The notes under the pieces were generated by a model. The model worked only from the letters and a program-made list of their open reading frames with translations. It had not been told where the DNA came from and ran no database searches. The translations under genes and the position numbers were made by a program. DNA of 32,000 nucleotides from Candidatus Baldrarchaeota archaeon. GTDB lineage: Archaea > Asgardarchaeota > Baldrarchaeia > Baldrarchaeales > DXJG01. Below are positions 18,980-27,398 of this stretch, piece after piece (the first letter of the stretch is position 1; every line of letters begins with the position of its first letter). The stretch spans positions 223,103 to 255,102 of the forward strand of contig DXJG01000002.1 in NCBI GenBank assembly GCA_019056805.1, given 5' to 3'.

Positions 18980-19030
18980 TTAGAGTGGAAATGGTGCATC
19001 TCCTGGTCCAACAGGTCCTCCTGGAGGCAT
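18980..19030 (-). CDS. Putative 16-aa Pro/Gly-rich microprotein MPPGGPVGPGDAPFPL
   Basis: Minus strand reads GGTGA-ATAAA-ATG CCT CCA GGA GGA CCT GTT GGA CCA GGA GAT GCA CCA TTT CCA CTC TAA. RBS spacing matches most genes in the window. TATA upstream, T-tract downstream, GC-rich island in AT-rich intergenic DNA. Confidence 0.6.
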   Translation of the reverse strand: MPPGGPVGPGDAPFPL

Positions 19031-19061
19031 TTTATTCACCATTAAAGAATTTAAAAGAAAG

Positions 19062-19069
19062 TATTTAAA
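19062..19069 (-). promoter_or_regulatory. Candidate TATA box of the 16-aa peptide gene
   Basis: TTTAAATA on the minus strand about 30 nt upstream of the GGTGA RBS. Confidence 0.45.
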
Positions 19070-19149
19070 TTCCAATAATTTTCTTCAATTAGATGTAACC
19101 ACTTTATACAGTCAACTTATTATCTTAGATAAAGCCTTCGAACTTCTAT

Positions 19150-19164
19150 AAGCAAATTTATAAA
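19150..19164 (+). promoter_or_regulatory. Candidate BRE-TATA promoter of the zinc-finger microprotein
   Basis: AAGCAAA-TTTATAAA; predicts a start site near 19187. Confidence 0.5.
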
Positions 19165-19220
19165 AGTAGTAGCATTTAAACATCTTACTTTAGCATGGTG
19201 CTCAAAAAGCATTCAGCGAG

Positions 19221-19331
19221 GTGGTGCTCATACCGAGAATTAGACGTTGCCCATACTGTGGTAAGAATCTTGAAAACTTCTGGGTAGAAATCAGGAAAAA
19301 ACACATAGAGCAGTGCAAGAAATCCAAGTAA
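19221..19331 (+). CDS. Putative 33-36-aa CCHC zinc-finger microprotein
   Basis: (V)VLIPRIRRCPYCGKNLENFWVEIRKKHIEQCKKSK*; C-x2-C-x14-H-x3-C. GAGGTG at 19218-19223. Start is uncertain (GTG 19221, GTG 19224 or ATA 19230). Confidence 0.65.
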   Translation: MVLIPRIRRCPYCGKNLENFWVEIRKKHIEQCKKSK

Positions 19332-19472
19332 TTATTTGTTCATACAAACATTTTTAAACAACCTCTACAAAAGAAAACGTCATCAATATATTGTTATGAT
19401 AGATATAACAAATTAATAAAATAACTTATTTGTCACCAATCCTTAATTAAATGATTAATACGAGGAATGAAC

Positions 19473-20717
19473 ATGAAAAAAATCCGATCATATACCCTTT
19501 CATTAGTTGCACTATATGTAGCAACGTTTTTATTAAGATCATCTTTTTCTGCTACTCTTCTAGTATTTGGAAGGTATTTAAATGTCATTGGAAAAGATCC
19601 CCTAGAGATAGCAATCATAGACATATCATATTCAATCAGTGAAATGCTCACAGCCGCATACTTTGGAGTACTGTCAGACAAAATAGGCCGCAAACCTGTC
19701 ATGCTTTATGGTACATTACTTGCAGGCATGACCGTTGCAATAATACCCATCTCAAATTCAACCATATGGTTATTAACAATACATGCAATAGTAGGATTAG
19801 GTGCTGCAGCAAAAGTAAGTTCCACTCTCGCACTAATATCCGATTGTGCTCCGCCAGATCAAAGAGGAAGATTAATGGGCTTTTATGACTACTCAACAAT
19901 ATCAGGATACATAGCAGGCTTCCTATACGGCGGCTTCTTCTACGACTTTTTTGATGTAAGCAACAATCTATCAAACATAATCTACTGTTTCCTTTCCATC
20001 TCAGCACCACTTTTCATAGCAGCAATAACAATTTTACTTCTGGTAGTCGAATATGGAACCAGAAGAGAAAGAGCGGAAATAGAATCAATATCATCAATAA
20101 AAGATCTTAAACTTGTTTGGCAAAACGAGAAATTAAGAAATCTTCTCCCCTTATGGCTTTGTATCACAACATTATTTGGTATGGCATCAACCTTCGGACC
20201 CGTAATATCCGAAGAAGCTGGTGTAAGCGGTCTTCAAACAGGTCTCTTATTCGCTGCAGCAGGCACAGCCTTTGGACTTTTACAACCAATTTGGGGCCAC
20301 ATATCAGACAAAATTGGAAGAGTAAAAGTCCTGATCATAGGCGTACTAAGTTTAACAGGACTAATAACTCTAATACCTATAACACTCATAGCATTTCCAA
20401 ACATAAGAAGCCTAATGGACATACCACTGCCCATACTTGCATTAATCGGAATACTAGTAGTAGGTGTAGGTGCATTACCACCTGCAGCTCTTGCATCTGT
20501 TGTTGATGAAACCCCAGAGGACAAACGTGGACCAGTAATGGGAGTATATAGCATGATGTTAGGCCTCGGAGACACACTAGGAGGACTTGTAGGAGGCTTT
20601 TTCGTAAAAGCACTTGGCTGGATAGGACTAATATACTTCGCTGCTTTACTCGTCGCTATAGCAATGATTTCAACATCTAAGTATGCTATCAAATCCCTTA
20701 TTCACAAAATCAAATAG
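19473..20717 (+). CDS. Major facilitator superfamily transporter
   Basis: About 12 hydrophobic segments; MFS motif A twice (GVLSDKIGRK, GHISDKIGRVK); P.DQRGR.MG and P.DKRG.VMG. Start ATG 19467 or 19473. Confidence 0.93.
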   Translation: MKKIRSYTLSLVALYVATFLLRSSFSATLLVFGRYLNVIGKDPLEIAIIDISYSISEMLTAAYFGVLSDKIGRKPVMLYGTLLAGMTVAIIPISNSTIWLLTIHAIVGLGAAAKVSSTLALISDCAPPDQRGRLMGFYDYSTISGYIAGFLYGGFFYDFFDVSNNLSNIIYCFLSISAPLFIAAITILLLVVEYGTRRERAEIESISSIKDLKLVWQNEKLRNLLPLWLCITTLFGMASTFGPVISEEAGVSGLQTGLLFAAAGTAFGLLQPIWGHISDKIGRVKVLIIGVLSLTGLITLIPITLIAFPNIRSLMDIPLPILALIGILVVGVGALPPAALASVVDETPEDKRGPVMGVYSMMLGLGDTLGGLVGGFFVKALGWIGLIYFAALLVAIAMISTSKYAIKSLIHKIK

Positions 20718-20877
20718 TTCAAAAACTAAATAATCGATATAGCACAAAATTTCACTTGGACAACTTTATTTAACCATAAAGGTACCTAGGTATTCACGTT
20801 CGCTGAAAGAAATCTACGGCAGAAACACAACTTCAAATAAAATGAAAACACGTAAATTTTATTTTAAGCGAGAAAAA

Positions 20878-20885
20878 TTATTATA
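20878..20885 (+). promoter_or_regulatory. Candidate TATA box of the aminotransferase gene
   Basis: GAGAAAAA-TTATTATA, 59-66 nt upstream of ATG 20944. Confidence 0.45.
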
Positions 20886-20943
20886 ATGGTTGATTATTTT
20901 AGTCTACATGTAAACAAGAGGAAGAGGAAGAGTTGAATATGAC

Positions 20944-22245
20944 ATGACCTCAAAAATAGAATTTTTTGATTTTGCTGCTTGGACACAATTCATACCAGAA
21001 TCGGAGATAAGAAGACTGCTAAGATATAATGTTCCATATTATTTTGCAGGCGGGAAACCTGGAGCAATACCCGTAGAAGTTTTTGCAAATATACTAATCG
21101 AAATTGGGACTGAACAACTAGAAAAAATAAAACGAGGGCCAGAAGGGAAACAAGAAATTATAGATGAATATAACTATGGACCAACAGCAGGGATAAGGGC
21201 CTTCAGAGAAGTATTAGCCAAGTATCTACGTGAAAAGGATGGAATACCAATCAGTAAGGAAGACGGCTGGCAAGAAGTTGTAATAACAACAGGTTCTCAA
21301 CAAGCAATATATGCAATACTTGACACATTAATCGATCCAGGAGATGCCATACTTGCACCAGCACCAGTTTATCTAGGTTTTGTTACACCAGCAGAAAAAC
21401 TAGGAGCAAAAGTAATTTGCGTACCAACAGATCTAAACGGAATAATACCCGAATATGTTGAAGAAACTCTTCAAGCAACAGAAAAGTCAGATGAAATAAA
21501 AAAACCACCAGAAATACTATACGTTATCGCCGATTCAGATAATCCAAAAGGCACAACCCTACCAACAAAGAGAAGAAAACAACTCTACGACATAGCTGAG
21601 ACCTGGAATCTCTTAATAATAGAAGATGCTGCTTATAGAGAAATACAATTCAAAAACGAAAAACTTCCAGCCATAAAAAGCTTTGACAAAGAAAACCGAA
21701 GAGTAGCATACTTAAGAACCACCTCGAAGGAAGCCGCACCTTTCAGAGTGGGATATTCAGTTATGCCAGCAGCATTAAGAGAACAAGTGATAAAAGATAA
21801 AGGATACTTAGATTTATGCACACCAACCATAATACAAAAAATTCTAGCCCTATACTATAGCAAATATATGGAAAAAAGCCTACCAGAAATTTTGAAAACT
21901 TATGAAAAACGATGCAAAGCGATGTGCGAAGCAATAGATGAAACATTTCCAGAAGGAGAGAGGACAAATCCGACAGGAGGATTCTTTGTATGGTGGCAAT
22001 CCAAGAAAATGTTTGATGCAAAGAAGTTCCTAGAAGAAGTAGCCCTTCAAAACCAAATACTCTACGTACCAGGACATTCCTTCTATCCAATAAAAGGATA
22101 TACTTACAACCCAGATACGAAAAAAATAGAGAAAAGCTCGCCAGCTATTAATACGATGCGTTTAGGGTTTAGCTATAGAAACGCAGAAATCATAAGAACC
22201 GGGGTAAAAAAACTAGGACAACTACTAACAGAATACCTAAAATAA
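20944..22245 (+). CDS. PLP-dependent aminotransferase, class I/II (MocR/ARO8-like subgroup)
   Basis: SEIRRLL, AGG.P, YGPTAG...R, ITTGSQQA, P.YLG, NPKGTT, IIEDAAY, TTSK (PLP Lys), RVGY, P.GGFF.W, PG..F, MRL.FS. Confidence 0.93.
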   Translation: MTSKIEFFDFAAWTQFIPESEIRRLLRYNVPYYFAGGKPGAIPVEVFANILIEIGTEQLEKIKRGPEGKQEIIDEYNYGPTAGIRAFREVLAKYLREKDGIPISKEDGWQEVVITTGSQQAIYAILDTLIDPGDAILAPAPVYLGFVTPAEKLGAKVICVPTDLNGIIPEYVEETLQATEKSDEIKKPPEILYVIADSDNPKGTTLPTKRRKQLYDIAETWNLLIIEDAAYREIQFKNEKLPAIKSFDKENRRVAYLRTTSKEAAPFRVGYSVMPAALREQVIKDKGYLDLCTPTIIQKILALYYSKYMEKSLPEILKTYEKRCKAMCEAIDETFPEGERTNPTGGFFVWWQSKKMFDAKKFLEEVALQNQILYVPGHSFYPIKGYTYNPDTKKIEKSSPAINTMRLGFSYRNAEIIRTGVKKLGQLLTEYLK

Positions 22246-22256
22246 GAATCAAACTA

Positions 22257-22931
22257 TTACTTCATTTTCTTTTTGAGAAATTGCAAGAAACTCTTTAAAT
22301 TATCGAAAACACTAACTGCATTTTCCCTTTTAAGGTCATCTTTATCATGTATACCAGTTTCAACTCCAAAAAATAACACACCAGCTTTCTTAGCTGCACG
22401 AGCATCAATAATACTATCGCCCACAAAAATGGCTTCTTTTGGAGATACATTAAGGGCTGACAATAGTAAATGAAGACCAGTAGGATCGGGTTTGAGAGTT
22501 TTTGTTTCATCTCTTGTAATGATGATATCAAAGTACTTAGCTATGCCATGTTTTTCTAAAACAATGTTTGTGGCCAATCTACCATTATTAGTTAAAAGAC
22601 CCACTTTTAATCCAAGCTCCCTAACACCTTTAAGAACTAGTTCTGCGTCTTCAATTAATTCGCTAATTTTAGCTGCTCTTACTTCAAATTCATCGGCAGC
22701 ACTGAACACTTCAGAAATAACTTTAGCTGCTAAATCTTTACGTCCCATCTTTAAAAGATAATTTTTAGAGATCTCAATCATTTCTGCAACTTTAACATTC
22801 AAATTAAGAAGATTCCTAGCAACATTAAGTTTTAAAAGCCTGCGAATAATTTCCTTTTTCATTCCAACTATATCTAACTTAAATGTTATTAAAGTCCCAT
22901 CAAGATCAAAAATTACTGCTTTAACTTTCAC
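22257..22931 (-). CDS. HAD-family hydrolase (phosphoglycolate phosphatase-like)
   Basis: VIFDLDGTL, LLTNN, KPDP, FVGDS..D..AA. Start GTG 22931. Confidence 0.92.
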   Translation of the reverse strand: MKVKAVIFDLDGTLITFKLDIVGMKKEIIRRLLKLNVARNLLNLNVKVAEMIEISKNYLLKMGRKDLAAKVISEVFSAADEFEVRAAKISELIEDAELVLKGVRELGLKVGLLTNNGRLATNIVLEKHGIAKYFDIIITRDETKTLKPDPTGLHLLLSALNVSPKEAIFVGDSIIDARAAKKAGVLFFGVETGIHDKDDLKRENAVSVFDNLKSFLQFLKKKMK

Positions 22932-23216
22932 ACGTATCCCGCCTTCACACAAAATATTCAATTAATAATTTCACGTTGCGTTAAAATATATCAGGTCATT
23001 AAACCCTTAAGTCGTAATCATGATAAGAGCAACAAAAATTATCCTATGGAAAAACTTTTAAGTTATGACATTAGAATTCATGTAGTCAAATTTCGGAGTC
23101 TGGTTGGGATGCCCTGCCAATTTTAATAACAAAAAAGAAAAGACTTCTTTTCAAGGATAGTACGTACTATCTCAACCAATGTTCTACACTAATTTTAATC
23201 ATCCAAATCACCGTTA

Positions 23217-24779
23217 GTGGAGGTGCCAAACATAACTCAAGAGAACATAACTGAAATAGAAATCTACCCTGTCGAGAGAAAAACACTTAACGCACTATAT
23301 AATCTTGAAGGCAAGGCAACTCCTAAAGAAATATCAAAACAAGCAAAAATACCACTAAAAAAAGTATTAACAGCAGTATATTCGCTTCAAAACAAAAATC
23401 TAGTCGAAGTACATGAAAGAGAAATAACAAGAATCGAATTGACAAAAGAGGGTTTAGAGTACGCCGAAAAGGGACTACCCGAATACAGGTTGTTAAAATT
23501 TCTCCTAAAAAAGACAAAAACATCGATAAGAGAGCTTCTAGAAAAAGATATCGAAGGGCTGGAGAAAAAACAAGTAAATCTAGCCATAGGTCATCTCAGA
23601 AGTAGAAACTGGGCAAAAATCATAAAAGATAAAGAAGTATACGTCACAATCACGGAGGAAGGGAAGAAGGTAGCAGAAGAAGGATTACCAGAGCAAGAAA
23701 TTCTCAAATTTATAAGAAAAAAAGGACAAACTACTTTAGAAGAGGTAGGAAAACCAACAATCATCGACGAACTAGTCAAGAGAAAACTTATAATCGCAAA
23801 AACTGAAACACTACGAACAGTAATCATTACAGAACTGGGTAAAAAAGTTGTAGAAGGCAAAATTATAATACCAGAAACCGTTAAAAAACTCACACGAGAA
23901 TTAATTGTAACAGGAAAGTGGAAAGAAGTAAAACTAAAAAAATACGACGTAACTATTGAACCTCCAAAGATATATCCAGGTAAAAAACATCCTTATCTTG
24001 AATTTTTAGAAGAAGTTAGGAAGGCACTGATAGGCTTAGGATTCCAAGAAGCAAAAGGACCATATGTGGAATTAGAATTTTATAATTTCGATCTTCTATT
24101 CCAAGCACAAGATCATCCTGCAAGAGAAATTCACGATTCATACATACTAAAATTTCCCGACAAGGGCGATATAAAGTCTAAAGAACTTGTAGAAAGAGTA
24201 AAGGCAACACACGAAAACGGTTGGATAACAGGGTCAAGAGGATGGGGATACAAATGGTCCTTTGACATTGCACGACGATTAATTCTAAGATCGCAAACAA
24301 CAGCAGTGAGCATGAGATACCTAATCAAGCACAAAAAACCACCAATTAAAATGTTCTGTATAGACAGAGTATTCAGACCAGATATACTCGATGCTACACA
24401 TAGCATGGAATTCTGTCAATGCGAGGGAATAGTAGTTGACAAAGGCTTAACTTTAAGACACCTACTAGGAGCCTTAAAAGAAATACTACAGGCATTAGGC
24501 TTCAAAGAATTCAAATTTAAACCAGGATACTTTCCATTCACAGAACCAAGCGTAGAATGTTTCATAAAACATCCAAAACTCGGTTGGATAGAAGTAGCAG
24601 GCTCAGGACTTTTCAGACCAGAAGTGCTAATTCCACTAGATATACCACATCCAGAGATTCAAGTATTAGCATGGGGCATAGGAGTTGAAAGACTTGCAAT
24701 GACAGCATTAGGTGTAAACGACATAAGATACCTACGCACACACGACCTAGAATGGTTAAGAGAAAAGGAGGTGCTCTAA
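23217..24779 (+). CDS. pheS: Phenylalanyl-tRNA synthetase alpha subunit (archaeal/eukaryotic type)
   Basis: N-terminal wHTH repeats (GLPE), HP motif 1, FYNFD.LF.AQDHPARE.HD, LRSQTT, RVFR, H..EF.Q.EG, FPFTEPS, G.G.ERL. Confidence 0.97.
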   Translation: MEVPNITQENITEIEIYPVERKTLNALYNLEGKATPKEISKQAKIPLKKVLTAVYSLQNKNLVEVHEREITRIELTKEGLEYAEKGLPEYRLLKFLLKKTKTSIRELLEKDIEGLEKKQVNLAIGHLRSRNWAKIIKDKEVYVTITEEGKKVAEEGLPEQEILKFIRKKGQTTLEEVGKPTIIDELVKRKLIIAKTETLRTVIITELGKKVVEGKIIIPETVKKLTRELIVTGKWKEVKLKKYDVTIEPPKIYPGKKHPYLEFLEEVRKALIGLGFQEAKGPYVELEFYNFDLLFQAQDHPAREIHDSYILKFPDKGDIKSKELVERVKATHENGWITGSRGWGYKWSFDIARRLILRSQTTAVSMRYLIKHKKPPIKMFCIDRVFRPDILDATHSMEFCQCEGIVVDKGLTLRHLLGALKEILQALGFKEFKFKPGYFPFTEPSVECFIKHPKLGWIEVAGSGLFRPEVLIPLDIPHPEIQVLAWGIGVERLAMTALGVNDIRYLRTHDLEWLREKEVL

Positions 24780-26467
24780 TGCCAACAATACAAGTACTAT
24801 ATAATGATTTATGTCAATTAATCAGAAAACAAATATCTCTTGAAGACCTGAAAGAATACATCTTGTTAATCAAAGGAGAAGTAGAAAAAACTACACCAAT
24901 AGAAGAAGGAGGAAAAATAACTGATTATGAACTATCCATAGAAATAACCAGTGATCGGCCAGACATGCTTTCAACAGAAGGACTAGCAAGAGTACTAAAA
25001 GGCTTTCTTGAAATAGAGGTAGGTTTACCAAACTATGAGATAAAAGACTCAAACATCGCTGTGAAAGTCGATACTTCGGTCCTTTCCATAAGGCCATATA
25101 TTGCTTGTGCAATACTCAGAGGAATAGAAATGTCAGATCCATTAATCAGACAACTAATGCAACTACAAGAAAAATTACATACAACACACTGCAGAAATAG
25201 AAGAAAAGCATCAATAGGAATTCACGATTTAGATAACGTAGAGCCGCCATTTACATACTACGCTGAAGATCCCGAAAAAATAAAGTTCATACCACTAGGT
25301 GAAACGAGAGAAATGACAGGGAGAGAAATTTTACAAAGACATCCGAAAGGAATAGAGTATGGAAAAATCATAGAGAAATACGATAAATATCCACTGTTAG
25401 TAGATAAAAACGGTGAAGTTTTGTCGTTACCACCAATAATTAATGGAATAGCTACACAAGTCACAGAAAAAACAAAAAACATCTTTATAGATGTGACAGG
25501 AACAGACTGGAGGATAGTTACAACTACTTTAAATATCGTAGCTTCCAATATCGCAGAGCGAACTGGTTGCATAGAATCGGTCAAAATGATCTACCCAGAT
25601 AAAGAGTTAAAAACACCAGACTTTAAACTAACCGAAATGACGGTCGATGCCAGTTATGCAAATAAAATTTTGGGCATCAACTTATCACCAAGTCAAATAG
25701 TAAAATGTCTCCAAAAAGTGAGATTAGATGCAAAACAAATAGGCAATGAAAAGATAAAGGTTGAAATACCGCCATTTAGAGTAGATTTTCTTCATCCCAT
25801 CGACATAGTCGAGGACATTGCAATAGGCTACGGATATAATAAATTTGAACCAGAACTACCACCAACACTAACTGTAGGCAAAGAACTCGTTGAAACAAAA
25901 ATAACAAGAAAAATCAGAGACCTAATGGTAGGTCTAGGTTTTCAAGAAGTATTTTACTATACAATGTCGAGCGAAGAGGTACAAGTAAAGAAAATGAGAC
26001 TAAAAGATGTAAACCTAGTAAAAATAGCTAACCCTGTATCAAAAGAATATTCTGTAATGCGACATTCATTACTACCAGGACTATTAAACATAATAAGTAA
26101 AAATGCACACGTAGAACTCCCACATAAAATATTCGAAACAGGGGACGTCATAGTAATAGACGAGCAAAGCGAATCAAGAACAAGGAACAATTTAAACCTA
26201 GCAGCCTTGATAAGCGACTATTCAGTAAGCTATGAAGACATACAAGCAGTACTCTACGCATTACTAAGAAATCTAAAAATAAAATTTAAATTAAAACCAG
26301 TAAAACACCCGTCATTTATCGAAGGACGAACAGCGAACATAATCATAAACAACAAAGACGCAGGAATAATAGGGGAAGTACATCCAGAAGTATTAGAAAA
26401 CTTCAAAATAGAAAACCCAACGGCAGCCTTTGAAATAAATGTACAAGAATTAATAAAACAACTATAA
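24779..26467 (+). CDS. pheT: Phenylalanyl-tRNA synthetase beta subunit (archaeal type)
   Basis: MPTI, DRPD.LS.EG.AR, QEKLH....RNR, IG.HD, LPPIIN, PPFRVD.LHP.DIVEDIAI.YGY, NP.S..Y, FETG. Overlaps the pheS stop (TAATG); RBS GGAGGTG. Confidence 0.97.
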   Translation: MPTIQVLYNDLCQLIRKQISLEDLKEYILLIKGEVEKTTPIEEGGKITDYELSIEITSDRPDMLSTEGLARVLKGFLEIEVGLPNYEIKDSNIAVKVDTSVLSIRPYIACAILRGIEMSDPLIRQLMQLQEKLHTTHCRNRRKASIGIHDLDNVEPPFTYYAEDPEKIKFIPLGETREMTGREILQRHPKGIEYGKIIEKYDKYPLLVDKNGEVLSLPPIINGIATQVTEKTKNIFIDVTGTDWRIVTTTLNIVASNIAERTGCIESVKMIYPDKELKTPDFKLTEMTVDASYANKILGINLSPSQIVKCLQKVRLDAKQIGNEKIKVEIPPFRVDFLHPIDIVEDIAIGYGYNKFEPELPPTLTVGKELVETKITRKIRDLMVGLGFQEVFYYTMSSEEVQVKKMRLKDVNLVKIANPVSKEYSVMRHSLLPGLLNIISKNAHVELPHKIFETGDVIVIDEQSESRTRNNLNLAALISDYSVSYEDIQAVLYALLRNLKIKFKLKPVKHPSFIEGRTANIIINNKDAGIIGEVHPEVLENFKIENPTAAFEINVQELIKQL

Positions 26468-26530
26468 CTCCTTTTCTTAGCGCTTTAACATTAAAAAATA
26501 AAAATAAAGGGGTTATTTTTTACTCCAGTC
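26468..26530. terminator. Candidate bidirectional T-rich terminator region between pheT and the histone gene
   Basis: CTCCTTTTCTT after pheT on the plus strand; CCCCTTTATTTTTATTTTTT on the minus strand after the histone gene. Confidence 0.4.
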
Positions 26531-26533
26531 TTG

Positions 26534-26758
26534 TTATCTCTTGAATGCTTGTGAGTATGCTAGTTTGATGTCAGCACCAGTAACAGTCTTTCGTCCAGCA
26601 TGTGCAGCAATTGCTCTTGCTCTCTTTGCAATATCAACGGCAATATCTTCTACTATTTCTCTTAAGGCCTCAGCTGCGGACGCACTTACCCTTTTTGCGC
26701 CCGCTTTTCTGATTATCCTATCAACTGGAGCTAATGGTAGTTCTGCTTCTTTTGCCAT
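26534..26758 (-). CDS. Archaeal histone (HMf-like)
   Basis: ELP.AP..RIIR.AGA.RVS..A...L, A...A.HAGRKTV...DI.LA; 74 aa; RBS GGGAGG. Confidence 0.96.
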   Translation of the reverse strand: MAKEAELPLAPVDRIIRKAGAKRVSASAAEALREIVEDIAVDIAKRARAIAAHAGRKTVTGADIKLAYSQAFKR

Positions 26759-27398
26759 ATCTTACATCCTCCCATAGATTGTATATGCATATGTTCTTAT
26801 TACTTCCAGTATACAACATGTGTATATCTCCTTTATTAATTTAACGCTTTCATTCAGTAATACTTGAGGTCCACTAGGTCCATCATCAAGTGGGTGAAAC
26901 ATGAGTAAGATACATTTCATATTACTGTGAGTAATGATTATACATAATCGTGCACATAAAATTAAGAGGTTTGGGTCTCAAACACTAGTTAATAATTTTT
27001 GATTGAAAAAGAAAAATAATAAAAATAAAACTATTTTTTTACAAACATTTTTGCTATAAAATATGCATAATTATGACATTATCATTTTCTCCAATAGAAG
27101 CTTCTGAGCATATAACCTGTAAAAACAAGATGTGTATGACATATTATTTTACGACGATATAATATAGGGAAGTTCTTTACTACATAAACCATCAAACCAT
27201 AGGTTACAAAATTGTTGTTTATCATACAAAATCAAAACCTACTAAAAAAGAACAAATATATCCAATAACTTCAAAATACGTGTTTTAGTAGTAAATGTTC
27301 GCAAATACCAAAATATGTTTTAATAAAACTTAATAAGAAGAATTAAGAAATAAATACAATTATAGAATTTAGTAAACCTTAGACAAAAGGGATTATCA

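Noticed and set aside
19195-19287. 30-aa ORF MVLKKHSARWCSYRELDVAHTVVRILKTSG overlapping the zinc finger
   Set aside because: No motif; the alternative frame carries a full CCHC ligand set and an RBS. It remains the main alternative to test.
26851-26893. Possible C/D-box sRNA (TTGATGA ... CTGA on the minus strand)
   Set aside because: Only one C/D pair with no D'/C' boxes, and I could recognise no rRNA complementarity longer than about 7 nt.
27085-27230. About 47-codon minus-strand ORF (MINNNFVTYGLMV...) in the histone-cyaB gap
   Set aside because: No convincing RBS or motif; its composition matches AT-rich non-coding DNA.
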